20,000 bases of DNA. Origin: an uncultured virus (IMG/VR IMGVR_UViG_3300030104_005222) (Duplodnaviria; Heunggongvirae; Uroviricota; Caudoviricetes). Within the stretch, counting starts at the first letter, position 1. The number at the start of each line of letters is the position of its first letter. Location: positions 53,174 through 73,173 of the IMG/VR virus record IMGVR_UViG_3300030104_005222; one strand, given 5' to 3'. Of this stretch, positions 1 to 8,799 are shown piece after piece. The position numbers were made by a program, and so were the translations under genes. Below the pieces are notes generated by a model. It ran no database searches, was not told the origin of the DNA, and saw nothing but the letters and a program-made list of their open reading frames with translations.

Positions 1-440
1 ATGAAGCCTTAGGCGAGGTCTCAGTTTGGATGGCACACGGGGGTGTTCCCGAATCCGAGCGGGATGCAATGGTCGATGCGTTTAGGGACTCGAACGGTCC
101 CTGCTGTCTTATCGCAACAGGACAGAGCGTCGGCACAGGTGTGGATGGTATGCAGACTGCGGACCTCGCCATTTTCGCTATGTTGCCCTGGAAACCTGGA
201 GACTTTGTCCAGTGGAAGGGTAGGTTTGACCGACTTGGTGGTAGCCCTACGCTACTAAAAGTCGTGGTTGCTCAGGGTACATACGACGAAAGGGTCGTTG
301 AGATTTTAGTCGAGAAGTTTGGTCCCATTGAGACGTTCTTAAAGGCGGATGAGCTTGAAGGTTTGGGCGACAAATTGCTTGGTATGGAAGATGAACAAGC
401 TCTTGTAAGCAGCATTATCAGCAAATTGGAGGTCGCGTAA
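1..440 (+). CDS. SNF2/SF2-family helicase, C-terminal fragment (5' truncated by the window)
   Basis: Frame is open from the window edge. Helicase-C motifs V/VI are visible: LIATGQSVGTGVDG..ADLAIFAMLPWKP...QWKGRFDRLG, matching the SNF2-type PWNP...Q..GR..R.G pattern. Confidence 0.8.
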   Translation, partial: EALGEVSVWMAHGGVPESERDAMVDAFRDSNGPCCLIATGQSVGTGVDGMQTADLAIFAMLPWKPGDFVQWKGRFDRLGGSPTLLKVVVAQGTYDERVVEILVEKFGPIETFLKADELEGLGDKLLGMEDEQALVSSIISKLEVA

Positions 441-613
441 TGGATTTAAGTGACGAAAGGTTTCACCGTAAACGTGTACCGTGGAAAGCCTTGACCCGAG
501 AGGGTGTTCAACCGCGAGAAGTTTTAGTCGAAGCGCAGAAGAAGGGTTTGTGGAAACTGGCAATAAGTGCCAAGCAAAGGCTCGACAATGAAAAGCGAGG
601 CTCCAGCCTGTGA
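440..613 (+). CDS. Small basic hypothetical protein, 57 aa (MDLSDERFHRKRVPWKALTREG...KRGSSL); not in the ORF track
   Basis: Translated by hand. GGAGG RBS upstream, TAATG overlap with the helicase stop, GTGA overlap with the next start; fills the gap exactly. Confidence 0.7.
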   Translation: MDLSDERFHRKRVPWKALTREGVQPREVLVEAQKKGLWKLAISAKQRLDNEKRGSSL

Positions 614-1596
614 AAAAGTTACTTATTGATGCGGGGCGAAGTAGTCGAGGGTGGTCGCGGATTGGTTCATTCTTCCGTTGTCCTCAGTTGTTTGCCTATC
701 AAAACAGGCTCGACATGAGTTTGATTCCTGCCGATGCCTTGACTCGTGGAAGCATGGGTCACGTTATCCAAGCGCATCAGCATGCAATCTGGGGAGCCTC
801 TACCTCTTCCGGTGTGTGGGTCGATGAGACATGGCACGATGATCCCAGCGTCTTTTTGGAACCTGAAGAGGCCATACAAATGTGGTGCGACACCAATGGT
901 GGGCATCAGCACCTTGATAGAATGATTGAAACGTTTCATCAGTACATGGAAAGGTACCCAGAGTGTCCAGGTGATGTGATTGCCGTAGAGTACCCAATCA
1001 CAGCCGTGCTGGGTGAGCGTGACAATCAATGGGGTTTGTGGGTTGTACACCCAGAAGAGCAAGACTTCAACCGTAAAGCGTACACTGTGAAGGCGTGGGA
1101 TGGGTCTGTGATAAAACCATCGCCTCTCAACTGTCCTGGTCATCCTAACGCAGGTGAGGCTGTTGTGCTGACTCGAAGGCTCGACATGGTGATTCGTGAC
1201 CGAGGCGGCAAGATTTTTATCTGGGATCATAAACATCAGGCTCGTGTTCAAGCCAACAAAAGTGTCGACGGGTACGCAATCGACGGTGGTTTTGCCGCGT
1301 TTAGAATCATGGGTAAACAACTTTACGGTAGTGACTTTGGTGGAGTTGCGTTGAATCTGATTCAAACTCAAGCGCCGTGGACTGTGGCTCGACCTATCGT
1401 ACCGTCAACACCACACCGAGACAGTCACTTTGCTGACATGCTTTGGCGAGCCGAGCACTCACTTGCTCGATTAGATTTAGAGCTTCCAAACTTTTGGGAC
1501 TGGCCAAAGGTTCAACACGAGACAATGTGTGTCGGTAGATACGGCACATGCCCCGCGATCAAAATGTGCTTTTACGGTGAAGCAGCCAAAAATTGA
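610..1596 (+). CDS. PD-(D/E)XK exonuclease, Cas4/AddB-like, with probable Fe-S cluster
   Basis: N-terminal RCP and GSMGH; nuclease motifs VEYP, RLDMV and IWDHK; C-terminal C-x6-C-x5-C (CVGRYGTCPAIKMC). The 1+3 Cys layout is that of Cas4/AddB nucleases. Confidence 0.8.
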   Translation: MKKLLIDAGRSSRGWSRIGSFFRCPQLFAYQNRLDMSLIPADALTRGSMGHVIQAHQHAIWGASTSSGVWVDETWHDDPSVFLEPEEAIQMWCDTNGGHQHLDRMIETFHQYMERYPECPGDVIAVEYPITAVLGERDNQWGLWVVHPEEQDFNRKAYTVKAWDGSVIKPSPLNCPGHPNAGEAVVLTRRLDMVIRDRGGKIFIWDHKHQARVQANKSVDGYAIDGGFAAFRIMGKQLYGSDFGGVALNLIQTQAPWTVARPIVPSTPHRDSHFADMLWRAEHSLARLDLELPNFWDWPKVQHETMCVGRYGTCPAIKMCFYGEAAKN

Positions 1597-1660
1597 CCGA
1601 CAAATCGAATCACTTTTTGTTACCCTTCTTTACCCAAAGCCAAATCAACCTGGAGAATCC

Positions 1661-2641
1661 ATGACATCTAAGAATGTTTTGCCGACCGTAATGGTTACGG
1701 TTTACGGCAAACCGAAACAAAAGAAAACGAGTGACGCACTGGCAGCGTTTCCTACTGCATTGTTTTGCGGTGTACCTTCTGCGATCACGTTGGTCGCACA
1801 AAACGAGTTGGGATTTACCCCAACGGTTCATCCTGATTCACCGAGAAACTTGGGTCAGCTTTCTGCAATGCTCCGCGCTCTTGGTCAGTCGGATAAAGCT
1901 AAACAGTACGGCGCTGTCGTTATCGACGACTTTAGCCATCTCTGCCAGCAGTCAATGTCTGAATGGACTGAAGAGGCTCCGACGGGCCGTAGTGGTAAGA
2001 AGGACCGTTTCTACCCCTATCAGCAACTTAATCAGCACTTATTAGAAATTGCGCAGGCTTCCCGTCATTTGGGTGTACACCTTTTGATGAACTTTCATGA
2101 ACGCACGCCAGGCACAAATGCTGACGGTCGGTTCTGTCCTGGTGGTCCTGACGTGCCGTCACGTAATCAGGTAGAAACATTACCTTCATGGTGCGACATA
2201 AATGTACGCGCAATGATTGATCCTAATTATCCAGACCCTTGGTTCCCCAGTATTTACTACTGCGATCCAACTGACCCTGAATGGGTAACGGGTGATCGTA
2301 CCGGCGTGTGTACCAAGAAAACACCTGGAAACATTAGAGAGATCTTGCGCGCTAGCGAAAGCAACTATCAGCTTGAACGACTGCCAGGACTTGAATGGCA
2401 AGATGATGTTGCAGAGTCTGTGGCACAAGATATGTTGAACGGCGTTGCTGTTCAGGATGCAATCCAATCAGCAATTTCAGGTCGGACTGAACACCAATTA
2501 CATTTACGTTGGGCGTGCCAAGATGGCATTGCTCGTGGTGTTTTGTTGCAGCAAGCAAAGCGTTCGTTGTTTGAGTTCCAAGAAAAGGAACAGAACACAA
2601 GCAACTCGCCAAGTCTTCCTCCACCGCCCCCATCAAAGTAG
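1661..2641 (+). CDS. Sak4-like/AAA_24 phage recombination ATPase
   Basis: Walker A-like VYGKPKQKKTS, Walker B VVIDD, and NFHER. Lies between an exonuclease and an SSB-like gene, the usual exo-Sak4-SSB order. Start moved to ATG 1661, which has a GGAGA RBS. Confidence 0.65.
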   Translation: MTSKNVLPTVMVTVYGKPKQKKTSDALAAFPTALFCGVPSAITLVAQNELGFTPTVHPDSPRNLGQLSAMLRALGQSDKAKQYGAVVIDDFSHLCQQSMSEWTEEAPTGRSGKKDRFYPYQQLNQHLLEIAQASRHLGVHLLMNFHERTPGTNADGRFCPGGPDVPSRNQVETLPSWCDINVRAMIDPNYPDPWFPSIYYCDPTDPEWVTGDRTGVCTKKTPGNIREILRASESNYQLERLPGLEWQDDVAESVAQDMLNGVAVQDAIQSAISGRTEHQLHLRWACQDGIARGVLLQQAKRSLFEFQEKEQNTSNSPSLPPPPPSK

Positions 2642-2690
2642 ATTCAACCCCCGGTCATACTGACCATCAACACAAAAAACGGAGCCAATA

Positions 2691-3284
2691 ATGGGCATCA
2701 AAATTTCAGGTAACGCATTTCAAGGTATTAGTTCTTTGGGGTCATCGGTCCCAGAGCCGGGCGTTTACCCTGTATCAATCGTAAAGATTGAGACTGGCGC
2801 AAATGACAAGCCAGGTACTCGTCGTATCCACGTACAATTTGAGGGTGGTTTCAAGATGTTTACCTTCTTGAGTATTCCTTACGACGACAACGGAAACATT
2901 CTTCCTGGTCTTACTGACAAGCAAGTGCGTGGTCGCATGGCGGCTTTGCGCACAATCCTTGAGTCGCTTGGTTACACCAAGGAGAACATTGAGACTGCCA
3001 CTGAGATCAATGACTCATGGTTCCTTTCGAGCATGAACAATGGTCGCGTTGCTTATGTCGAGTTTGAGCCAGGCCAAAAAGGTGTGCCCGGTTCATACAA
3101 CGAGATTCGACGATTCCTCAACAAGTCTCAGTTTGATCACCTCAATGAGGTTCTGGAGTCTGAAGCTCCAGCGCCCGCCAAGGTTGAAACTGCACAAGCG
3201 GCACCGACTAACGGCGCACCAGTACCTCCCGCAGGTGTTGCTCTGCCCCCTCCTGTTAGCTCAGCACAAGGTATCGTAAGCTAA
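2691..3284 (+). CDS. Phage single-stranded DNA-binding protein (DUF669-like OB fold)
   Basis: VPEPGVYPVSIVKIE N-terminal motif, YNEIRRF near the end of the domain, low-complexity tail, position after the Sak4-like gene, GGAG RBS. Confidence 0.55.
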   Translation: MGIKISGNAFQGISSLGSSVPEPGVYPVSIVKIETGANDKPGTRRIHVQFEGGFKMFTFLSIPYDDNGNILPGLTDKQVRGRMAALRTILESLGYTKENIETATEINDSWFLSSMNNGRVAYVEFEPGQKGVPGSYNEIRRFLNKSQFDHLNEVLESEAPAPAKVETAQAAPTNGAPVPPAGVALPPPVSSAQGIVS

Positions 3285-3286
3285 AG

Positions 3287-6064
3287 ATGGCGGCTTTTAA
3301 CCCCAAGAGTTGTGGCGCTCAGTGCGACATTTGTCCCTTGGGGCCAGAAGGTCCGTTGCGTAAGGATGAGTGGAAGCCCGTCGGTGGAGAGTTTCATCGG
3401 GGGGCTTCCGTCATCGCAATAGCAGAGGCTCCTGGCGCTGATGAAACACGTCATGGTAGGCCTTTAGTGGGTCGTGCCGGTGGTGAGTGGGTCACCGCAC
3501 TGACCGGAGCCGGTAAGCGTCGAGTGGACGTTGACTTAGACCATGTCATATCGTGCAGGCCATCGGGACAAGACTCAGGTGCTTGGCGTCGAATGGACAA
3601 AGAACTTGACCGACTCAACAGAAAGCGTGTCAAGAATGGTGACGACCCGTATCCACATCCAGCCACCTGTTGTCGTCCACGACTGCTCGACGTTGTGTCA
3701 AAGTATCAAAGTGTCATTACACTGGGTAAAACTGCAACGTCGGCCATAACGGGTCAATCATCGAGCATTCAATCGATGCGTGGTGGGCCGATGTTGGTGA
3801 ACGACGATTGGGACTGGGTGCCCGACAATGGCGTTCGCAAAGTACTCGCGACCCTACACCCCTCGTTTATTTTACGATCACCAAGTTGGCGGCACGTACT
3901 TCACTCGGACATTGCAAAGGCATTTCGTTGGTTCAACGGATGCCTACGTTGGGCTCAGCCAGACTCAATAATTAATCCAACACCAGATGAGCTTAGGGCA
4001 TGGCTATCGCAGCCTGCACCATTCTGGGCATATGATGTCGAGACTGATGGCATTGAACCGTTAGAATGCAACCTACGCACAATCGCGATTGCGATTCCGG
4101 ACTTGGATGAAAACAATCGTGCGGCCACAACTGTTGTATCTCAGAACGCAAGAGCCATTGGTGTCGGGTTGCTATCCACTGACGGAATGACCCGACTGTA
4201 TCCGCCGCACCAGGAGCAAGAGATCCTGGATATTTTGAGGGCTGCTTTTACGGATGGTCGTGTGTGGGTGGGTCACAATGCCGGATACTACGACAGGATG
4301 GTGATTGAGACTCAGCTTGGAGTCACACCTAAGCCGTTGGTTGACACGCTGTTTCATGCACGATTCCGTGCACCAGACTTACCTAAAGGTCTCAAAACGA
4401 TTGGCTCCGTCCTTACCGACGTTGAGCGTTGGGAGACAACAGAGAAGGGTACAAAGATTTCGACGGGTAGCCAGGATGACTTGGAGTTGCTGAAGTACAA
4501 CATCGTGGACTCTACAGTCAATGCGCGTATCGTCGTGCCCCTGATTCATGCATCAACAGAAGTTGGTGCGTTTGAGCCCGCAAACGAACACCTTAGACCA
4601 AACGGTTGGGACGAAACCCGTCCATGGAATTTGAATGAAGTCGATCACGCAACGCAAGAAATGTGCGTGGGTATGCACAAGTCAGGTGTATGGGTTGACC
4701 AAAAGCTTAGGAGCGAGCTTGAATTTGAGTACGACATCTCAGTACGTAAGCGGTACAAAAACCTGCAGAAGTTGGCTCAAGATGTAGGGGTTAAAACTCT
4801 GGACCCTGACTCTGTGAACGAACTGAACCCCGGTAGCGCCGACCAAATACGGAACCTTTTATACGAGAAGTGGGGTTTAGGGATTCCAGCTTCGATGGAT
4901 GCCCGTGAGTTTTATACGGAGACGGGTGCGCCTGGGACCGGTGATGCGGTGATTCGCGCTCATCTTGCGTCAGGTAGATTGGACCAAAATCAAGAGTCAT
5001 TTTTAAAAGAGCTTCGTTTATATCGGAGAGAGAAAAATAAAATATTGGGCACAGTCCTGATCCCTTTGAGGCGTAGGGACATGGACGAAAAGAAAGGGTT
5101 GGTCCATGAAGATGGTCGAGTCCGATCTACATGGAACGCTCATGTAACCAGTGTGGGTAGGCTATCAAGCAGTGGTCCAAACCTACAGAACATTGGTAAT
5201 CGAAAAGGGCAGGGGCGACTCAAAAAGATATTTGCAGCACCGCCCGGCAGAATTTTAGTTGGCGCTGACTTAGACCAAGCTCACCTTCGAATCACAGCCT
5301 GCTACTGGCAGATACCCCGGCTTCTCGAATGCTTCGATACCGGCAAAGATCCGCACAATCTCTTGGCTTATGACGTATTTGGTAACGACTTTAAGAATGC
5401 GTCGGGGTGGGGTCCTGACGGATTCAGCCTCGACCGTAAGCCAGGTGGCGGCGAGGCCAAGGCGATGCGTGACGTCATGAAAACATTTCGCTACGCTTCG
5501 ATCTATTGGGCCGACCCCACAACGGTTTGGCAAGTGTTGACCAGTACCGAGACTGATGACGGACGTATGCCTTACCTGAAGTTTGAAACCCGAGAGGTCC
5601 GTCACTTCCACAACAAATGGTTGGAGGCGGAGCCTGAGTGGGAGGTTGCCTGGAAAAACATGATGCAGATGTATGACCATCAAGGATTCATGGTAGAGCC
5701 TGTGCTGGGTCGAAGGTCCGGCCCCCTATCTGATGGCAAGAAAAACGAGGTGGTCAACTTCCCTATCCTTGCAGCAGAGTCATCGATCATGAGGTTGGCA
5801 GAGCAAGCAATCATCAATGAGTTTCCATTTCATTATGCGGGCAAGGGTACGGGAATGATCCATCAATGCCACGATTCAATTGCGGTTGAAGTACCGCTGC
5901 CCGATGGCGTCGACCCCAATTGGGCTCCTGGTGATGGCGAAATGCACCCTGAGATTAAACGAATTCAAGAAACTGTAGAAGAATGTATGACCGTAACTAT
6001 TCCCGGTTGGGAAGTAACCATGACTGCTGAAGCCGATGTTGGTCGCAGTCTAAAGGATGTGTAG
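3287..6064 (+). CDS. polA: Family A DNA polymerase with N-terminal family-4-like uracil-DNA glycosylase domain and 3'-5' exonuclease
   Basis: UDG: CDICPL, AEAPGADE, GRPLVGRAG, SCRP, TLHPSFILR. Exonuclease I/II/III: YDVET, GHNAGYYD, YNIVD. Polymerase: GRLSSSGPNLQN, ADLDQAHLR (A), RDVMKTFRYASIY (B), HDS (C). Confidence 0.92.
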   Translation: MAAFNPKSCGAQCDICPLGPEGPLRKDEWKPVGGEFHRGASVIAIAEAPGADETRHGRPLVGRAGGEWVTALTGAGKRRVDVDLDHVISCRPSGQDSGAWRRMDKELDRLNRKRVKNGDDPYPHPATCCRPRLLDVVSKYQSVITLGKTATSAITGQSSSIQSMRGGPMLVNDDWDWVPDNGVRKVLATLHPSFILRSPSWRHVLHSDIAKAFRWFNGCLRWAQPDSIINPTPDELRAWLSQPAPFWAYDVETDGIEPLECNLRTIAIAIPDLDENNRAATTVVSQNARAIGVGLLSTDGMTRLYPPHQEQEILDILRAAFTDGRVWVGHNAGYYDRMVIETQLGVTPKPLVDTLFHARFRAPDLPKGLKTIGSVLTDVERWETTEKGTKISTGSQDDLELLKYNIVDSTVNARIVVPLIHASTEVGAFEPANEHLRPNGWDETRPWNLNEVDHATQEMCVGMHKSGVWVDQKLRSELEFEYDISVRKRYKNLQKLAQDVGVKTLDPDSVNELNPGSADQIRNLLYEKWGLGIPASMDAREFYTETGAPGTGDAVIRAHLASGRLDQNQESFLKELRLYRREKNKILGTVLIPLRRRDMDEKKGLVHEDGRVRSTWNAHVTSVGRLSSSGPNLQNIGNRKGQGRLKKIFAAPPGRILVGADLDQAHLRITACYWQIPRLLECFDTGKDPHNLLAYDVFGNDFKNASGWGPDGFSLDRKPGGGEAKAMRDVMKTFRYASIYWADPTTVWQVLTSTETDDGRMPYLKFETREVRHFHNKWLEAEPEWEVAWKNMMQMYDHQGFMVEPVLGRRSGPLSDGKKNEVVNFPILAAESSIMRLAEQAIINEFPFHYAGKGTGMIHQCHDSIAVEVPLPDGVDPNWAPGDGEMHPEIKRIQETVEECMTVTIPGWEVTMTAEADVGRSLKDV

Positions 6065-6066
6065 GA

Positions 6067-6498
6067 ATGAATAGAGCACAATGGTTTTTAGCGCACTCGA
6101 AACAAGATGAACCAACGGACATCGAAACGTGGTGCAGTCAACTCGGTGAGAAGTTGAGTGATGACGAATGGGATGCGACCGTGATCGCTGGTCGAGACGA
6201 CTATGAGAACAGGTCGGCTGCATTGGGTGGGTGGAAAGCCTGGTGTCGAGATATCCCCTGTGGTGTAGACTATACAGGAGCACCACTATACCACGGTGTC
6301 ATCGTTCCTATAGATTCTTTACTTGACGCTCCAACGGTGGGTAAGGCTACGGCTCAGATACTCCAAGGATTTTTGTCAGAAAGCAAACACGTCTTTGCAT
6401 GGTGCCCAGATTCAAAGGCGTTTAGACAAGTCTCAGAAGTCACACAATTACCTGAGGACGACTGGACTTCATGGGCACGGTTAGAGTTTAGCGATTGA
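6067..6498 (+). CDS. Hypothetical protein, possibly NDT/TIR-like alpha/beta fold
   Basis: Coupled to polA with a 2-nt gap. N-terminal WFLAHS strand and C-terminal VGKATAQILQGFLSESKHVFAW loosely resemble nucleoside-deoxyribosyltransferase-like proteins. The ORF is likely real; the fold call is weak. Confidence 0.55.
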   Translation: MNRAQWFLAHSKQDEPTDIETWCSQLGEKLSDDEWDATVIAGRDDYENRSAALGGWKAWCRDIPCGVDYTGAPLYHGVIVPIDSLLDAPTVGKATAQILQGFLSESKHVFAWCPDSKAFRQVSEVTQLPEDDWTSWARLEFSD

Positions 6499-6523
6499 CA
6501 GTGTGGTAACTAACCGATACATT
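6495..6523 (+). promoter_or_regulatory. Sigma70-like promoter
   Basis: TTGACA (6495-6500), 17-nt spacer, TACATT (6518-6523), upstream of the GGAGG RBS and ATG 6561. Confidence 0.65.
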
Positions 6524-6560
6524 TTTAAGCCAACCCAAAGCACGAACGCATGGAGGATTT

Positions 6561-8561
6561 ATGCGACCGTATGTGAATAGTATTTTTAGTAATCTTAAGA
6601 CGCCCAGAGCCAACGGAGAAGCATGGAATGTTGAGTTAGGTCAACACACTTTGCTCGTGGGCTCGAACACCAGTCACAAAAGCAGCGTCATTCAATCAGT
6701 AGAACTTGCGATTGCAGGATCTGCAGACGACATCTTTGGTCGTAGTGCTGTATCGGATGCAGCGCTGTTGCTGACGTTAGCCCCTGGAGATGAACTTGGG
6801 ATTACCGCAAACCTGAACGACAGTAAGGGGAACACTACATCTAGTTTTAACCTGCGTCGTGAAGACGGAAAGTTGAAGCGCCCTACGATGGACGTTCCTG
6901 GTGCCGAGTGCTTAGTTCATCGATCGGTCAAGGCCGCACTCTCAGGCTCATCAACTACGGCACGCAAGGCTTTCCTGGGATGGTCAAGCGGCAACACAGG
7001 ATTAGATGATGTGCTTGAGTACATTCCAGATGATCTGCAGTCGAAGTACACCGACATCGTGAAGTTTAAGGGTCGTGGAAAGTCAGCGGTTGAGGGACTG
7101 TTAGAGGTGACAAACTATGCAGGACAGCGTCAACGCGAAGCATCGAAAGAAGCGAAGGGTGCTGAGATCATCATGGAAAACCTTGGCGACAAGGTAGATG
7201 CTCGGCCTACAGATGCGGAAATGGATAAGATGCGGTTTGCTGTGGCTGAAGCAAAGAATGTTCTTGATAAGTCTATTAGGAACCCGACTAATCGAAAGAC
7301 TCAGGCAGAATTAGATCAAGAGATCCAGGCGGAAGTAAACAAGATTAATCATTACGAAAGCCAGAAACTTGGTTTGCAGAAGGAGATCGAATCGCTCAAA
7401 GCTACGATGCCCCATCTGGGTGACAACGTATCGCTCGCGGCGCAGATCATTGACGTCGCTGTAAGTCATAATCTTGACGCATGCCCCGTGTGCAGTAGTC
7501 AAGTTGGTCTTGATCACCTGAAAAACTGCCAGTCTTTTTATCTCAAACAAGAGAGTGACTGGAAGGTACAGGTAAAATCTACGCTGGATCTTGTGAACAA
7601 GAAGACAGGTGAGATTGAATTTTTTGATCGCCAAATCGCAGATAGCAACTTCACATTAGAGAAGTTGAAGCAAATGCCTGTTCAGGTTTCCAACTCTGAT
7701 GCTATCCCCCTGGCCGACGCACAATCACGATTCGAGGCAGCGATGGCTGCACTGACAAAGCTTGACCAGATTCGAGACGAGTGGGATCGATTGGCATCGG
7801 CTCGTGACAAGATGATGTCGATGAAGCAAGACGTTGAGACCTACAAGCGGTTGAAGGTTTCTTGTGAGATTGCAGTCGGCAAGCTTCTCGAAACTCGTGC
7901 GATTGAGTTTTCTGCGCGGGTGCAGAAGTATTTGCCTGATGACTGGACGTTCAACATTCAACTCATGGATGGCAACAAGGAGGTCTTTCGCATGGGCATC
8001 ATGCGTAACGGTAGACTTCACTCGGCTTTGTCAGGCGCAGAATGGACGTCAGTTGTAACTTCAATTGCTATGGCAGTAGCTGAAGGTCTCGATGATCGTC
8101 TGCCCGCCGTATTGATTCCTGACGATCGTGCGTGGGATGGGAAGACTCTTAGCTCTGTCATGCGTGGCTTCTCTCAGTTTGATGGTCAAGTCATTATGGC
8201 GAGCACCATTCGACCCACGGGGCGTCCACCAAAAGGTTGGACTATTATTGACATGGACGAAACGAGTGCGTCTTGGGACTCAGTCGACGTTGTAGAAACA
8301 CCAAAAGTCGAGGAAGGCACAGTCAAGAAGACCAGTATTAATCATGCAAGTGGTGGCTTTCGGGTGACCACTCGTAGTGCTTTGATTCTGGAAGAGGCTG
8401 GGTTTGATGCTACGGTGATTCAATCTATGTCGAGAGAGACGGTGGCATCAATCATCAAAGATGGTCTTGCACCGGAAAACATTTCAGTGAACGAAGACGG
8501 CAGTTATCAGATTATACGTAGCGCAAAGGTGTTGCCTATGCCGCCCGCACCAAAAGTGTAG
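6561..8561 (+). CDS. Rad50/SbcC-like (SMC-type ABC) ATPase with zinc hook
   Basis: Walker A-like LLVGSNTSHKSS, long coiled coils, central CPVC zinc hook, signature LSGAE, Walker B-like VLIPDD..WD. Confidence 0.8.
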   Translation: MRPYVNSIFSNLKTPRANGEAWNVELGQHTLLVGSNTSHKSSVIQSVELAIAGSADDIFGRSAVSDAALLLTLAPGDELGITANLNDSKGNTTSSFNLRREDGKLKRPTMDVPGAECLVHRSVKAALSGSSTTARKAFLGWSSGNTGLDDVLEYIPDDLQSKYTDIVKFKGRGKSAVEGLLEVTNYAGQRQREASKEAKGAEIIMENLGDKVDARPTDAEMDKMRFAVAEAKNVLDKSIRNPTNRKTQAELDQEIQAEVNKINHYESQKLGLQKEIESLKATMPHLGDNVSLAAQIIDVAVSHNLDACPVCSSQVGLDHLKNCQSFYLKQESDWKVQVKSTLDLVNKKTGEIEFFDRQIADSNFTLEKLKQMPVQVSNSDAIPLADAQSRFEAAMAALTKLDQIRDEWDRLASARDKMMSMKQDVETYKRLKVSCEIAVGKLLETRAIEFSARVQKYLPDDWTFNIQLMDGNKEVFRMGIMRNGRLHSALSGAEWTSVVTSIAMAVAEGLDDRLPAVLIPDDRAWDGKTLSSVMRGFSQFDGQVIMASTIRPTGRPPKGWTIIDMDETSASWDSVDVVETPKVEEGTVKKTSINHASGGFRVTTRSALILEEAGFDATVIQSMSRETVASIIKDGLAPENISVNEDGSYQIIRSAKVLPMPPAPKV

Positions 8562-8568
8562 GCAGCGA

Positions 8569-8799
8569 ATGAACTGCCCTAAGTGTGGAAAGAAAACGAA
8601 AGTCGTGGACTCGAGAACCAGCGACTCTCAAACCAACTTCGGTGGCCAGAAGCGGATACACGAATCCGTCTCCTGGTACACCGGAGATTGGGTGTGTCGC
8701 AAGAGACGGTGTCGTGCGTGCCAAGAGTTTTATCTTACGGTTGAAATTTTACTGGACGACCTCGAAGAGGGATGGAGTCCGAAAGATCACAACTCGTAA
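8569..8799 (+). CDS. NrdR-type zinc-ribbon protein (N-terminal domain only)
   Basis: MNCPKCG..TKVVDSR and RKRRCRAC...YLTVE match the NrdR N-terminal ribbon. No ATP-cone (only 76 aa). Confidence 0.75.
   Translation: MNCPKCGKKTKVVDSRTSDSQTNFGGQKRIHESVSWYTGDWVCRKRRCRACQEFYLTVEILLDDLEEGWSPKDHNS

Noticed and set aside
610..1596. Cas4-like nuclease as part of a CRISPR-Cas operon with the RAMP gene
   Set aside because: It is over 14 kb away on the opposite strand and sits in a standard exonuclease-Sak4-SSB module. Solo Cas4-like nucleases are common in phages.
1593..1626. Promoter at TTGACC upstream of the Sak4-like gene
   Set aside because: No acceptable -10 element at 16-18 nt spacing.
8569..8799. 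Full NrdR repressor (nrdR)
   Set aside because: Only the zinc ribbon is present and there is no ATP-cone, so the gene symbol is withheld.
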